Source: Nitrosopumilus maritimus SCM1 (GTDB taxonomy: Archaea; Thermoproteota; Nitrososphaeria; Nitrososphaerales; Nitrosopumilaceae). From it: DNA of 32,000 nucleotides. A program made the position numbers and the translations under genes. The notes under the pieces were generated by a model that saw only the letters and a program-made list of their open reading frames with translations, did not search any database and was not told where the DNA came from. This document shows, one piece after another, positions 19,301 through 27,699 of the stretch (positions are counted from its first letter, which is position 1; each line of letters opens with the position of its first letter). Where the stretch lies: NCBI RefSeq assembly GCF_000018465.1, contig NC_010085.1, forward strand, positions 1,080,001 to 1,112,000, in the 5' to 3' direction.

Positions 19301-21503
19301 ATCTTTCACCAGATTGTGCACCATCATCAGTGAAACCAAATGAGAAGAAGTCCATGACGATTACTTCTTTGGCGGCGATGTCATCGACACCTGTGAAGTA
19401 CATTGCAAGTCCGACGTTTACGTTATCATCATCATTAGTTGATCCGTAAATAGCATCAGATACTGCATTGGTCAAATCAATGTAATCCTGTGACTCAGTT
19501 GAGTTGCTGACTAACAATATTGCATTGTTTTTGTCAATATTTCTTGTATCGTTGTTAACCCATGGGAGAATATTTCCTGTGGTGTTAAGCAATGCGATAC
19601 TTACTGTATCTGCCCCTAATGATTTCACATCATAGTTAAAGAAGTTAAAACCAATAGTGGTGTTATCTTCATCAACTAGAGTTTCTTTTAGGGTTTTCAT
19701 AGTTGCACTTCCTAAATCAATGATTGCAAAGTCAACATCAAAGTTTGCTGAACTGTTGGCAGTCTGTGCAGAGATTAATCTCTTACTGAATGTATCAACA
19801 GATTCAGTTGAAGTGATGTTGGTTGCACCGGTGAATGCAGTTACGTTGATGTTGAGTGTAAAGTTACCTACTTGACCTGCTGCAGTGTTGTTTATTGCAC
19901 CTGTATCAAAGATACTATCATCACCGTTTGTACCATTGGTAAAGATCAAGCTAGGAGTTCCACCCTCATCAATAGTGAATGGATCACCAGTAGCGAGTGC
20001 TGGAATCAGGGTTACGTCTGGGTTGTTTAGGTCTAAGTCTTCATCTACTCTGCTGTTTTTGTTTTGATCAGCATCAACAATGACTACTGGAATCTCTTCA
20101 CCAGAGGTCCATTCATCATCAACTGGCTGGATATCAATACTAGCAAAGGAGAATCCTACAAGGATAGTTTGAGGTGTTTCATTGTAATCGAGTGATGCAG
20201 AGGTTCCCCTCTTTGCATTATCTGTAATCTTTAGTACTGATGTATCAGATTCATCATAAGTACCAAAGACACCACTGTTTGGACCTTGTTCGGTGATGGT
20301 TACTGGGATGGAACCTACACCTAACTCACCTGTCTCTGCGGAAATACCAAATGCAGATGCATTGTTGGTGTTGGCAGTTGAGTTAAGTTGGGTAAGGATT
20401 GAATCGCCGTTATCCTGAATTGTCACAACTGGTGTGCCAGAGCTTTGTGCATCGACATCTAATTTCAATACACAATTGTCCTCACACATCAAGTTTGGTA
20501 ATGTTGTTCTCAGGGTTAATGCGCTTCCACCTGAAGCACCGTTTTCATCGAACACTTGGTAAAATGTATCAACATTGAAGGATGATGTTGTATTCTTCGT
20601 GTTGGTAGCAAATGTCCAAGAGTCTTCATCAGTTGGATCAATGTTTAACCATAAGTCAGTAATTGTTGCGTGAACTTGTGATACTCTTGGGTATACAGCT
20701 CTATCCAAACTTAATTCGGCAAATTGATCAACAGTGTCAAAAGTAAGTGTTGTTGATTGAACACCACCACCTTTGTTGTACTGTACGACAACGTTACCTG
20801 TTGGGTTTAATTCATAGAGCTGAATGAAAGGCCAGTTAGCACCATTGTTGGTACCGTTCTTTAGACCGATTTGGCCTGCACTGACACTACCAGATACTGC
20901 TACAGGATCTTTGGCTTCTCTTACAACATTGATGGTACCATTAGCAGTAGATGCATCAAGTGTATTTGCTGCACAAGTAGTAGTGATTGCACCACCACTG
21001 TTGCTACCGGTTTGTGTACCGTTACCAGTTGCTGTTGCATTTGCAACAGTAATTGGAACTGCGATACCATCTGTTTCAGTTGTTGAGAATCCCAAGAATG
21101 CTGTACCAGAGGATGCTGCACAGAATACACCAAAGTCCAATCCAGAACCTATTGTTGTAGCAGTAGAGTCTGCAATTTGGGCTTGGTCTCTGTCTGCAAA
21201 GTAACCATACCAGTTACCATCAACTGCTTGAACCATTCTCAGATTTTTGCCGTTGACAGTTACGTCTGGCTCACCTTTTGCCTCATCTGTATCATTGATG
21301 TCACTATCAATTACGACGACCTCAATTACTTGAGGTCCTGACATGTAGTTATCAAACTGTGAGTTTTCTGCGGAAACAAATAGGTTGGCGTTGGCGGCCA
21401 TTGCTTCAGGCATTACACCTGGAATTGCAAAGGTCAGTCCACCGGCAACCATAATTGTCATTAATGTAAGACTAGTTATTTTACGTCCTATTTCGTTGTA
21501 CAT
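16377..21503 (-). CDS. Thaumarchaeal S-layer protein (major cell-surface protein)
   Basis: 1708 aa, signal peptide ITSLTLMTIMVAGGLTFAIPGVMPEAMAANA, very Asp/Thr-rich repeated beta domains (YTDPADASGDA.., DNDLDNDSAETYDLDLIEWDSDA), no C-terminal TM. Confidence 0.9.
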   Translation of the reverse strand: MYNEIGRKITSLTLMTIMVAGGLTFAIPGVMPEAMAANANLFVSAENSQFDNYMSGPQVIEVVVIDSDINDTDEAKGEPDVTVNGKNLRMVQAVDGNWYGYFADRDQAQIADSTATTIGSGLDFGVFCAASSGTAFLGFSTTETDGIAVPITVANATATGNGTQTGSNSGGAITTTCAANTLDASTANGTINVVREAKDPVAVSGSVSAGQIGLKNGTNNGANWPFIQLYELNPTGNVVVQYNKGGGVQSTTLTFDTVDQFAELSLDRAVYPRVSQVHATITDLWLNIDPTDEDSWTFATNTKNTTSSFNVDTFYQVFDENGASGGSALTLRTTLPNLMCEDNCVLKLDVDAQSSGTPVVTIQDNGDSILTQLNSTANTNNASAFGISAETGELGVGSIPVTITEQGPNSGVFGTYDESDTSVLKITDNAKRGTSASLDYNETPQTILVGFSFASIDIQPVDDEWTSGEEIPVVIVDADQNKNSRVDEDLDLNNPDVTLIPALATGDPFTIDEGGTPSLIFTNGTNGDDSIFDTGAINNTAAGQVGNFTLNINVTAFTGATNITSTESVDTFSKRLISAQTANSSANFDVDFAIIDLGSATMKTLKETLVDEDNTTIGFNFFNYDVKSLGADTVSIALLNTTGNILPWVNNDTRNIDKNNAILLVSNSTESQDYIDLTNAVSDAIYGSTNDDDNVNVGLAMYFTGVDDIAAKEVIVMDFFSFGFTDDGAQSGERFANQIIRIEAEETGDNTSIFEGSLEYVMVNQINIQDAGTFAGITPIADDPTFIVIEDLTDEDAPRVNYNDLGADGVTTPVSDQEDAPSHSGVVSLDADSYKIADTVVITVEDLDLNVDSDLIDIFTVVSDTGADTFDVVGSATTQDLSFGELGRLLDVSFNDVVWKTAQGTCDDNQASSDTGLGATGFTLVETGKASGVFVGDFQIPVDWCRSDNATPETITGLDIEVNYVDFRDASGEIIQVSDSAGIRAHTGSVSLDRTVYPVPFGTVGESNAAANASPNGRSVFPIHATGVTSTIDSTEELANGDLTIHVRINDPDFDENPSGEDTMDQDDALKISVIRGSDSVVLGYAGASERTGKIDVGGNNGTISNIRSFGEMVEIAPDAGVFELELDIKFTDGPASAKCNSHDTIYTATDGTTGKADTNRFDDGAPSGQEYCILQGDILQVEYTDPADASGDANTVTDSATFDLRNGVLQSDKSVYIIGSDMILTLIEPDFDLDNDSAETYDLDLIEWDSDAATTTMGNKGVTGAAAAFDPEPTDFRETGDSTGIFQIVIEIPEELDGDRLERGEEIILEYTDWGPSGSDYVGDEDEDVNLTIYTSNFGATVELDQKVYTWTDKVYITIVAPDHNFDSFLVDEIGESDRDPIKVSTRGFDLDNYKLVETGTDTGIFTGEVILTGFTSHDADGDGTTGDAKGTTSGTGPTDGLLATDDDDGLTISFEFSEDETIVGSALIRWNIGEVQWLEASYPASGTGVVRVIDPDMNLDPEAVDNFNVDVWSDSDAGGIDLTLTETNEATGIFEGTVFFTVHNESSGHRLRVSEGDTVTAEYEDNTLPDPYTTADELDITATSLIGTVVPPLERAPAANLRAVDAFGNSLDSVSVDQQVQISADLANGQDREQSFAYLVQIQDANGVTVSLAWITGSLSSGQSFSPALSWIPTEAGTYTATAFVWESVDNPTALSPPVSTTVNVS

Positions 21504-21516
21504 GTTATTGAACTAA

Positions 21517-21605
21517 ACCAAGATGGTTGTTATTTTGCAATAACTTTCAAGTTGCGGCATGTCCGATAAATTGTGCGTAATTTTGTTTTAATGAACAAAT
21601 TGTTC
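21517..21605 (-). promoter_or_regulatory. S-layer promoter/leader region
   Basis: Palindrome GAACAAATTGTTC (21593-21605), TATA-like AATTTATC, element GACATGCCGCAAC and palindrome GTTATTTTGCAATAAC (21529-21544) before ATG 21503. Confidence 0.6.
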
Positions 21606-21855
21606 ACATTGTTTATTAATGATTTTTACAATATCTTTGTTCAAGAAATTTATAAAAAATAGATTTTACAGGTTACTTCCATTTTTGGAATATTTCTTGT
21701 AACCATCAAGAAATCAAAACATCCAAATGATGCACTACATGAATTAAAAATTTCAGATACCGCAACCTAGATTTGTCCATTTGAAAGGACATTAAGCAAC
21801 ACAACTAGAGGATCAGTAATAGAACCCACACAGAAAATAAATTGGACAGTCAAAG

Positions 21856-22230
21856 ATGAGAACAACATTGGCTGTAATTTTAGTTGTAGATGATAACACA
21901 GATTTGTTAGGACTGAACACATTCATGCTAAAAAACTTAGATTATGATGTGATTACAGCCACAAATGGCGAGGAGGCAGTTGCAGCATACAAGACAGCAA
22001 GACCTGACATTGTGATCATGGACATCAAGATGCCTAAAATGGATGGTTTTGACGCCTTTTTTAAAATCAAAAAAATGAATCAATCTGCAAAGATCATTCT
22101 AATTTCTGCATATGCCATTGATGAGAAAAAACTCCTCAATGCGCAAAGCATGGGTTTGCTTAATGTCATAAACAAACCATATGAGTTTGATGACATTGAA
22201 AAACTAATCAAAGAACATGTAGGAGACTAG
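21856..22230 (+). CDS. Receiver-only response regulator (CheY-like), RR1
   Basis: VILVVDDN, VIMDIKMPKMDG (phospho-Asp), LINVINKPYEFDDIEKLI type K/P motif; no output domain. Confidence 0.93.
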   Translation: MRTTLAVILVVDDNTDLLGLNTFMLKNLDYDVITATNGEEAVAAYKTARPDIVIMDIKMPKMDGFDAFFKIKKMNQSAKIILISAYAIDEKKLLNAQSMGLLNVINKPYEFDDIEKLIKEHVGD

Positions 22231-22239
22231 GAAATCATT

Positions 22240-22264
22240 GATTTGATAAAATCAAATCTTTTTT
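22240..22264 (+). terminator. Hairpin plus T-run terminator of RR1
   Basis: GATTTGAT-AAA-ATCAAATC followed by TTTTTT. Confidence 0.55.
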
Positions 22265-23118
22265 AGTTTTCTTATGGTTGTAAATCTTGCCTTGTAGAAT
22301 TTTTCAGCTTCGTCTACAAATCCAAAATACCAATCCTTTAGTTCCAAATCTCTCTCAAATATTTTCTTCCATTTTGCAGTGTTAACAGATGACATTTTTT
22401 TTGAACGCAGTTGAGATGGCAGTAAAAATGTAGTGTAATACCAGCAGGATATCTGATCTGCAAGATCACTTTCGCTTATAGTCTCAAAATCATCTTGATA
22501 TTTTACGTTTAGATACGTAAGAATTTCATAAACGGGAAAATTAGAGGCTTTTGATATCTGTATGTTGTCAAGAAAAGTGCCACTTGCCAAAACCTTCAGT
22601 CTGTGTACATCGCTTCCCAGATGAGATTTAAGCGAATTCCACCTGCCAAACACAAATGGCAGAACTTTTGCATATTTTTGTGCCATTATGTCGATCTCTT
22701 TTTCCGTCATGTCCAACACATCCAAACAGTACAAGACGCCATGCAATGATAGTCGGTATAGGTTTGATGCACCCTTGGTATACCGTATTCCGTCGTTTAC
22801 AACCAATCCAATATCTAGCAACCCTGGCGTCTTCTTTCCTCTATCTCTTCTACCTACAAGCATCCTTCTGTATTCCTTTTCCTTTACCCTTACCGCTTCT
22901 GTATCCTCAAATAGCTGTATTTTTGCCATGGACCATGTAGTTAGTGGATCATTTAAAGCAAGAATCTTTAACATTTTTTGTATGTTTTCTTGATGCTTTG
23001 AACTCTTTGATTTTTTATAGGACTTGCTTCCAAACATGCGCAGTGCCGTAGGTCTTGTGTAAAGCTTATACGAATAAAGATTTCCGTAAAAAGCAACGTT
23101 TTCAGAATTATTAGACAT
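22252..23118 (-). CDS. Winged-helix-like regulatory protein, WH1 (paralogue of 24185..25030)
   Basis: 288 aa; SSKHQENIQKMLKILALNDPLTTWSMAKIQ...RRMLVGRRDRGKKTPGLLDIGLV aligns with WH2 along most of its length. Confidence 0.7.
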   Translation of the reverse strand: MSNNSENVAFYGNLYSYKLYTRPTALRMFGSKSYKKSKSSKHQENIQKMLKILALNDPLTTWSMAKIQLFEDTEAVRVKEKEYRRMLVGRRDRGKKTPGLLDIGLVVNDGIRYTKGASNLYRLSLHGVLYCLDVLDMTEKEIDIMAQKYAKVLPFVFGRWNSLKSHLGSDVHRLKVLASGTFLDNIQISKASNFPVYEILTYLNVKYQDDFETISESDLADQISCWYYTTFLLPSQLRSKKMSSVNTAKWKKIFERDLELKDWYFGFVDEAEKFYKARFTTIRKLKKI

Positions 23119-23139
23119 GCCGCACTATGGTAGGTTATC
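23114..23139 (+). promoter_or_regulatory. RCATRCCGYA element overlapping the WH1 start codon
   Basis: GACATGCCGCACTATGGTAGGTTATC; the ATG of WH1 (reverse strand 23116-23118) lies inside it. Confidence 0.5.
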
Positions 23140-23270
23140 TCCTAATAAAAAACAAGCTAAGGGAAAACAAAAAAAGACAATGTTAGCCAAGTTATGAATA
23201 TCTTGCATATGTAAACAGCAATATGTACAACCTAGTTTCTCTTGATAGAGAATTTTTTTATTTCTAACTC

Positions 23271-23293
23271 TTTATGTGTATAGCATACCGCAT
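23271..23293 (+). promoter_or_regulatory. TATA-like plus RCATRCCGYA element upstream of the PEFG protein gene
   Basis: TTTATGTGTATAGCATACCGCAT, 43 bp before ATG 23337. Confidence 0.5.
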
Positions 23294-23336
23294 ACACGTA
23301 AACAATTCTCTAATATTTTTTGCAATATGGCATGTC

Positions 23337-24188
23337 ATGAAAAACACATCAAAAAAATTACAAAATACCAGTGATCGTATTTTACGCTTTTTTGTTATTA
23401 CTTTTGCAATGTTAGCATGTAGCACACTTGTGGGTCTAAGCAGTGCATATGCAGCAGATGTGCAAGTAACTAAAATTCACCCAATGCCCGTAGAAGATGA
23501 CAAAGTATCAGTTGCATTTACGTTGTGTTCGAATGATGAGTATTTGGAAATGCCAAGAATTACGGTTTCCTCTGATCTTCAGACAAAGATCCTCTCACTA
23601 AAGCACGATTTGAAACCCGGTACATGTATAGGCGGAACTACAATAGCTGAGACATATGACGTATCCACCATAAACACATCCATTGTACCGCAAACGGACA
23701 GTAATTTATACAAACAAGAAACAATCGTAGACCAAAAAATAGTCTCCCAAGGAATGTCCAATGACGGTTATTTGGTAGTCAAACTTATTTCTGAACAACC
23801 ACGTGAGGGAATCTCAATGAAATTCAACCTGGAGTTCCAGGATGTTGCTGGAAACATTGTGGAAAAAATCAATTACGATATAACTGCATTGCAGGATAAC
23901 CACGTAGTATTGAATCTTCAAAACATGCATTCATCATATGGTACGTCTATACTTACTACTGATGAATTGACTTCAGACTCCCCAGTAGAAGTCAACATTA
24001 TGTTGCATGGAATCGGCGTACCGGGCCATGAAGATCAGTGGACAGGGCCAAAAGGAGAGATCATAATGTTTCATGTCGTACCCGAGTTCGGGGCAATCGT
24101 GATGTTGGTTCTCACAGTATCCGTATTGAGCATAATATTGATCTCATCAAAATTCAACACATTAAGGATATCGAACATTCAATCATGA
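23337..24188 (+). CDS. Exported protein with C-terminal PEFG-CTERM-like sorting/anchor tail
   Basis: MKNTSKKLQNTSDRILRFFVITFAMLACSTLVGLSSAYAADV signal; C-terminus VVPEFGAIVMLVLTVSVLSIILISSKFN. Start chosen at 23337 rather than the listed 23274. Confidence 0.75.
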   Translation: MKNTSKKLQNTSDRILRFFVITFAMLACSTLVGLSSAYAADVQVTKIHPMPVEDDKVSVAFTLCSNDEYLEMPRITVSSDLQTKILSLKHDLKPGTCIGGTTIAETYDVSTINTSIVPQTDSNLYKQETIVDQKIVSQGMSNDGYLVVKLISEQPREGISMKFNLEFQDVAGNIVEKINYDITALQDNHVVLNLQNMHSSYGTSILTTDELTSDSPVEVNIMLHGIGVPGHEDQWTGPKGEIIMFHVVPEFGAIVMLVLTVSVLSIILISSKFNTLRISNIQS

Positions 24189-25030
24189 ATCAAAACACCC
24201 AGTTTGGTAATCTTCAGTCGTATCTACGTTATACGCAACCTACTGCAAAATACCTCTTTGGCAGCATGTCATTTAGAAAGAAAAAAAGTTCCAAGCACCA
24301 AGAAAATGTCCAAAAAATGTTAGAAGCGCTTGCACTAAATGGTGCATTGACCACTTGGGAGATTGCAAAGTTGTCTCATTCTGATATATCATCTATTAGA
24401 ACCAAGGACAAAGAACTGCGCAGACTTGTTGTTGGGAGAAGGGACAGAGGAAGGAAAACACTTGGCATAATTGATGTTGGACTGGTAATAGCTAATACTG
24501 AAAATTTGGAACTAGACACTTCTAAGAAATACAGGCTGTCATTGCATGGCATATTGTATTGCCTTGACGTGCTTGATTTTAGCAAAAAAGAAATTGATCA
24601 AATGGCCTCAAACTACTCGGACATACTTCCGATGATTTTTGGAAAATGGGATTATCTTAAGTCAATTATTGGCGATGATGTTTATCGCATCAGATTATTG
24701 ACAGGGGGTCTGTTTTTGGATACCGTCCACATTACAAAAATCTCTCAAACTCCTATTTTTGAAATAATAACATACCTTAATGTGAAATATCAGGACTATT
24801 ACGAAAGTATTGATGAAAATGATTTGGCAGACCAGATATCCTATTTGTTCTATGCTGCGCTTTTGGTTCCATTTACTGTAAATGAAAACGATGAAGAAAA
24901 TAAGACTGAGAAATGGAAAAAACTTTTCGAAGAAGATGAAAATTTAAACATTTGGTTTTTTGATTTTATTAAAGAGACGTCCAAATTTTATTCAAACAGA
25001 TTTGATTTTATCAAATCAATGATTCCCTAG
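24185..25030 (+). CDS. Winged-helix-like regulatory protein, WH2
   Basis: ATGA overlap with the preceding stop; MNQNTQFGNLQSYLRYTQPTAKYLFGS... aligns with WH1 from the N-terminus, so the 24038 start is an over-extension. Confidence 0.75.
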   Translation: MNQNTQFGNLQSYLRYTQPTAKYLFGSMSFRKKKSSKHQENVQKMLEALALNGALTTWEIAKLSHSDISSIRTKDKELRRLVVGRRDRGRKTLGIIDVGLVIANTENLELDTSKKYRLSLHGILYCLDVLDFSKKEIDQMASNYSDILPMIFGKWDYLKSIIGDDVYRIRLLTGGLFLDTVHITKISQTPIFEIITYLNVKYQDYYESIDENDLADQISYLFYAALLVPFTVNENDEENKTEKWKKLFEEDENLNIWFFDFIKETSKFYSNRFDFIKSMIP

Positions 25031-25401
25031 TCTCCTACATGTTCTTTGATTAGTTTTTCAATGTCATCAAACTCATATGGTTTGTTTATGACATTAAGCA
25101 AACCCATGCTTTGCGCATTGAGGAGTTTTTTCTCATCAATGGCATATGCAGTTATTAGGGTCACTTTACAATCAGAATCAAATTTTTTCATACGGGCAAA
25201 GGCGTCAAAACCATCCATTTTAGGCATCTTGATGTCCATGATCACAATGTCAGGTCTTGCTGTCTTGTATGCTGCAACTGCCTCCTCGCCATTTGTGGCT
25301 GTAATCACATTATATCCCATATTGCTGATCGAAAACTTGTTCAACTCCAACAAATCAATGTCATCATCTACCAAAAGAACTGTTTTATCTTCGCCTTCCA
25401 A
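25027..25401 (-). CDS. Receiver-only response regulator (CheY-like), RR2
   Basis: VLLVDDDIDLLELN, VIMDIKMPKMDGFDAF, INKPYEF. TTG start at 25401 gives exactly the 124-aa length of RR1 and avoids overlap with the kinase gene. Confidence 0.9.
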   Translation of the reverse strand: MEGEDKTVLLVDDDIDLLELNKFSISNMGYNVITATNGEEAVAAYKTARPDIVIMDIKMPKMDGFDAFARMKKFDSDCKVTLITAYAIDEKKLLNAQSMGLLNVINKPYEFDDIEKLIKEHVGD

Positions 25402-25435
25402 GACAAGTAAGTTATGACAGGGGCAAATATAACCA

Positions 25436-27310
25436 CTATGAATTTTGAATGTGTTTTGGGACAATGATAGAGAAGGTGACAGGGTTGTTTTTCACAGTTA
25501 TCTGCCAGCCATGTTGTTCTATCACATTTTTGCTAATTGCCAAGCCCAAGCCAGTGCCTTTTTGCTTGGTTGTAAAGAGAGGCTTGAATATGTCTTGCAA
25601 AATATCACCAGGTATGGCAGGCCCATCATTTTCAAATTCGATGGTTTTCTGTTTTTTATCATCAATCAGATTGATTTTGATGCGACCTTGTTTTTCTTCA
25701 AATGCCTGAATTGCGTTTAGTATCAAGTTGATAAAGACGATCTCAAGTTTTTCAACATCACATTTCACGGTAAAATCGATGTCAGGTTTCACTATCTCGA
25801 CATTGTTTGGTATGCTTAATGATTCAAAAGAAGAGGTTATTATTTTTTGAATTGAAACTTCGATTAAATTGATTGGTGTGATCCTCACATAGTTTAGAAC
25901 CTCGTCTATCTGATGAGTTATTCTAGATATTGCTCGGTCCATCTTTGGAAAAACAAGTTCTTTTAATTTTGGATCCATGTTGTTTGAGTTTTGTTTGATT
26001 ATGTTTGTAGCAGACTTTATGGATGCAAGTGGGTTTTTAAGATCATGTGCCACGTTTGCAGACAACTCTCCCATTGCAGCAAATCTTTCATTTTTTACTT
26101 TGGCTCTTGTTTCTGCAAGCTCTTTTTCTGTCTCTACTAGATTTTTCAAGTCAACGGACATTTTTTCAAAGGATTTTTCTATGGTTTTGATCTCGCTTAT
26201 CTGATGTTTTTGCAGCTTGACATCAAAATTTCCTTGCGCAATGTTTCTGGCAACATCTACAAGATAACTTAAAGGATTTGTTATTGATCTAGATATCAAA
26301 ATTGAAATGATCAACGCAGAAATCAGACCGATTACAGAAGCAATAATGACTGTCTCTCTGATTTCAGAAAAATCATCTAGCAACTGATGTTCTGCTTGCT
26401 CTATTATGATAGTCCATCCAAACCCTCTGAAATCTTCGAACCCTATTGATGTGGAATAGCTTACCAGGATAGGCTCTCCCAGATTATTTTTTATTTCAAA
26501 TGTATCACGGTTTTTTGATATTTGTGGGAAATACTCTATTGTTTTTTGGATGCTGGAATCTTGTTCGGTTCCAGGATACAATATTTTGCCTGACTCGTCA
26601 ACTAGGAACACACTACGAGTGCCTGTCTGCTGTAAAATCTCATGGTCGTCTACTAGATCAGACAAGATGTCATCAAGACTCAAAGCAACCCTCATCACCC
26701 CTACAAAATTTCCCTCATCATCCACTATGCGCATTCCAAAGGGAATGGAAAACTCTTCATAATTGTCATTATATTCCAATTTGCCAATGTACATCCCGTC
26801 TCTCTTGGTCAATTGCCACCATTCTTCATCGTCTTGCCTATAGTCTGACGTACCGGTACCCAGTGCTATGCTTGCTCCATATTCGTTTGTTATGAATAAT
26901 TCATCTATTATGTTATGGCCAAAAGATTCTTCATAAAAAATAATCAGCTCTGCTAGCTCCTCTGATGCATCCTCCAGGTTCACCTCAGTTAAGAATCGAA
27001 ATTCAGAGTCTGTTGTCTGTTCTTTACTATCCAAAAACTCTTCAATATCAGATATGTTTCTAAACATGTCATTTGATTTCACGATTGAAGAGCGTACTTC
27101 CTCCACCGTAGTTATTGTTTTAAAATCATCAATTCTGTTTTTGATGTATTGATCTATGTCCAAAATCATAGAGTCGGCCAAAGATGTATTGCGCAGTTCT
27201 ACGGATTTACGCAACTCTTGAGAATTTATATCAATTATGACAAATGAAGTGACTGCAAATATTAGAAACAACGCAACAACGTTTATTGTTAAAAGGATAG
27301 ATATCTTCAA
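25436..27310 (-). CDS. Membrane sensor histidine kinase (extracellular Cache-like domain, TM, HAMP, HisKA, HATPase)
   Basis: N-terminal TM, WWQLTKRDGMYIG...VGVMRVALSLD Cache-like region, second TM, SRSITNPLSYLVDVARNIAQGNFDV (HAMP), ELSANVAHDLKNPLASI (H-box), NLILNAIQAFEE (N-box), KQKGTGLGLAISKNVIEQHGW (G-box). Confidence 0.95.
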   Translation of the reverse strand: MKISILLTINVVALFLIFAVTSFVIIDINSQELRKSVELRNTSLADSMILDIDQYIKNRIDDFKTITTVEEVRSSIVKSNDMFRNISDIEEFLDSKEQTTDSEFRFLTEVNLEDASEELAELIIFYEESFGHNIIDELFITNEYGASIALGTGTSDYRQDDEEWWQLTKRDGMYIGKLEYNDNYEEFSIPFGMRIVDDEGNFVGVMRVALSLDDILSDLVDDHEILQQTGTRSVFLVDESGKILYPGTEQDSSIQKTIEYFPQISKNRDTFEIKNNLGEPILVSYSTSIGFEDFRGFGWTIIIEQAEHQLLDDFSEIRETVIIASVIGLISALIISILISRSITNPLSYLVDVARNIAQGNFDVKLQKHQISEIKTIEKSFEKMSVDLKNLVETEKELAETRAKVKNERFAAMGELSANVAHDLKNPLASIKSATNIIKQNSNNMDPKLKELVFPKMDRAISRITHQIDEVLNYVRITPINLIEVSIQKIITSSFESLSIPNNVEIVKPDIDFTVKCDVEKLEIVFINLILNAIQAFEEKQGRIKINLIDDKKQKTIEFENDGPAIPGDILQDIFKPLFTTKQKGTGLGLAISKNVIEQHGWQITVKNNPVTFSIIVPKHIQNS

Positions 27311-27376
27311 CTGAGTTCTTGTATTGTTTTAACACATAAAGATTGTTATGTTGCATTATGGTTTTTTACAAACAGA

Positions 27377-27390
27377 GGCATACCGCATTA
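27377..27390 (+). promoter_or_regulatory. RCATRCCGYA element upstream of the histidine kinase gene (opposite orientation)
   Basis: GGCATACCGCATTA. Confidence 0.4.
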
Positions 27391-27699
27391 ATTCAAGATA
27401 AGGACTAATATTATTTCAGACATTCAGAACTATATGCAAGGAAAATTCTGGTTAGATGAACTTTGCAAGATAATTCAGAAAGTCGAAGTTGTTTGACAGC
27501 CCAAGGCACTACCTTCAAAAAAACAATTCTTGCTACCAAAGACATTTTTTATGAAGATGTGCAGTAGTGTCTTGGTCCCCCATCAAATTGTACAACATGT
27601 AAAAAACTAATTTTAGAATATGTGTTCCATGCAATACAAAGAAAGATTTTGACACCCATTATCCCATGCGATGATAGATTTTTAAAAATGCGTTTCAAA

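Noticed and set aside
16377-21503. Many + strand ORFs inside the S-layer gene (e.g. 18640..19005, 19102..19449, 20824..21204)
   Set aside because: Low-complexity Ser/Pro/Val-rich products antisense to a strongly coding frame; typical shadow ORFs.
24038-24184. N-terminal extension MDRAKRRDHNVSCRTRVRGNRDVGSHS... of WH2 in the ORF track
   Set aside because: Lies entirely within the PEFG gene's coding sequence; homology to WH1 begins at the ATG at 24185, which also forms an ATGA overlap.
21856-25401. Inverted RR/WH pairs interpreted as a composite transposon or IS element
   Set aside because: No transposase, terminal inverted repeats or target-site duplications seen; the WH copies are old paralogues (about half identical), so this looks like duplication plus local conversion.
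25402-25464. N-terminal extension of RR2 (MSQNTFKIHSGYICPCHNLLV)
   Set aside because: Overlaps the kinase 3' end; a TTG start at 25401 gives the same 124-aa length as RR1.
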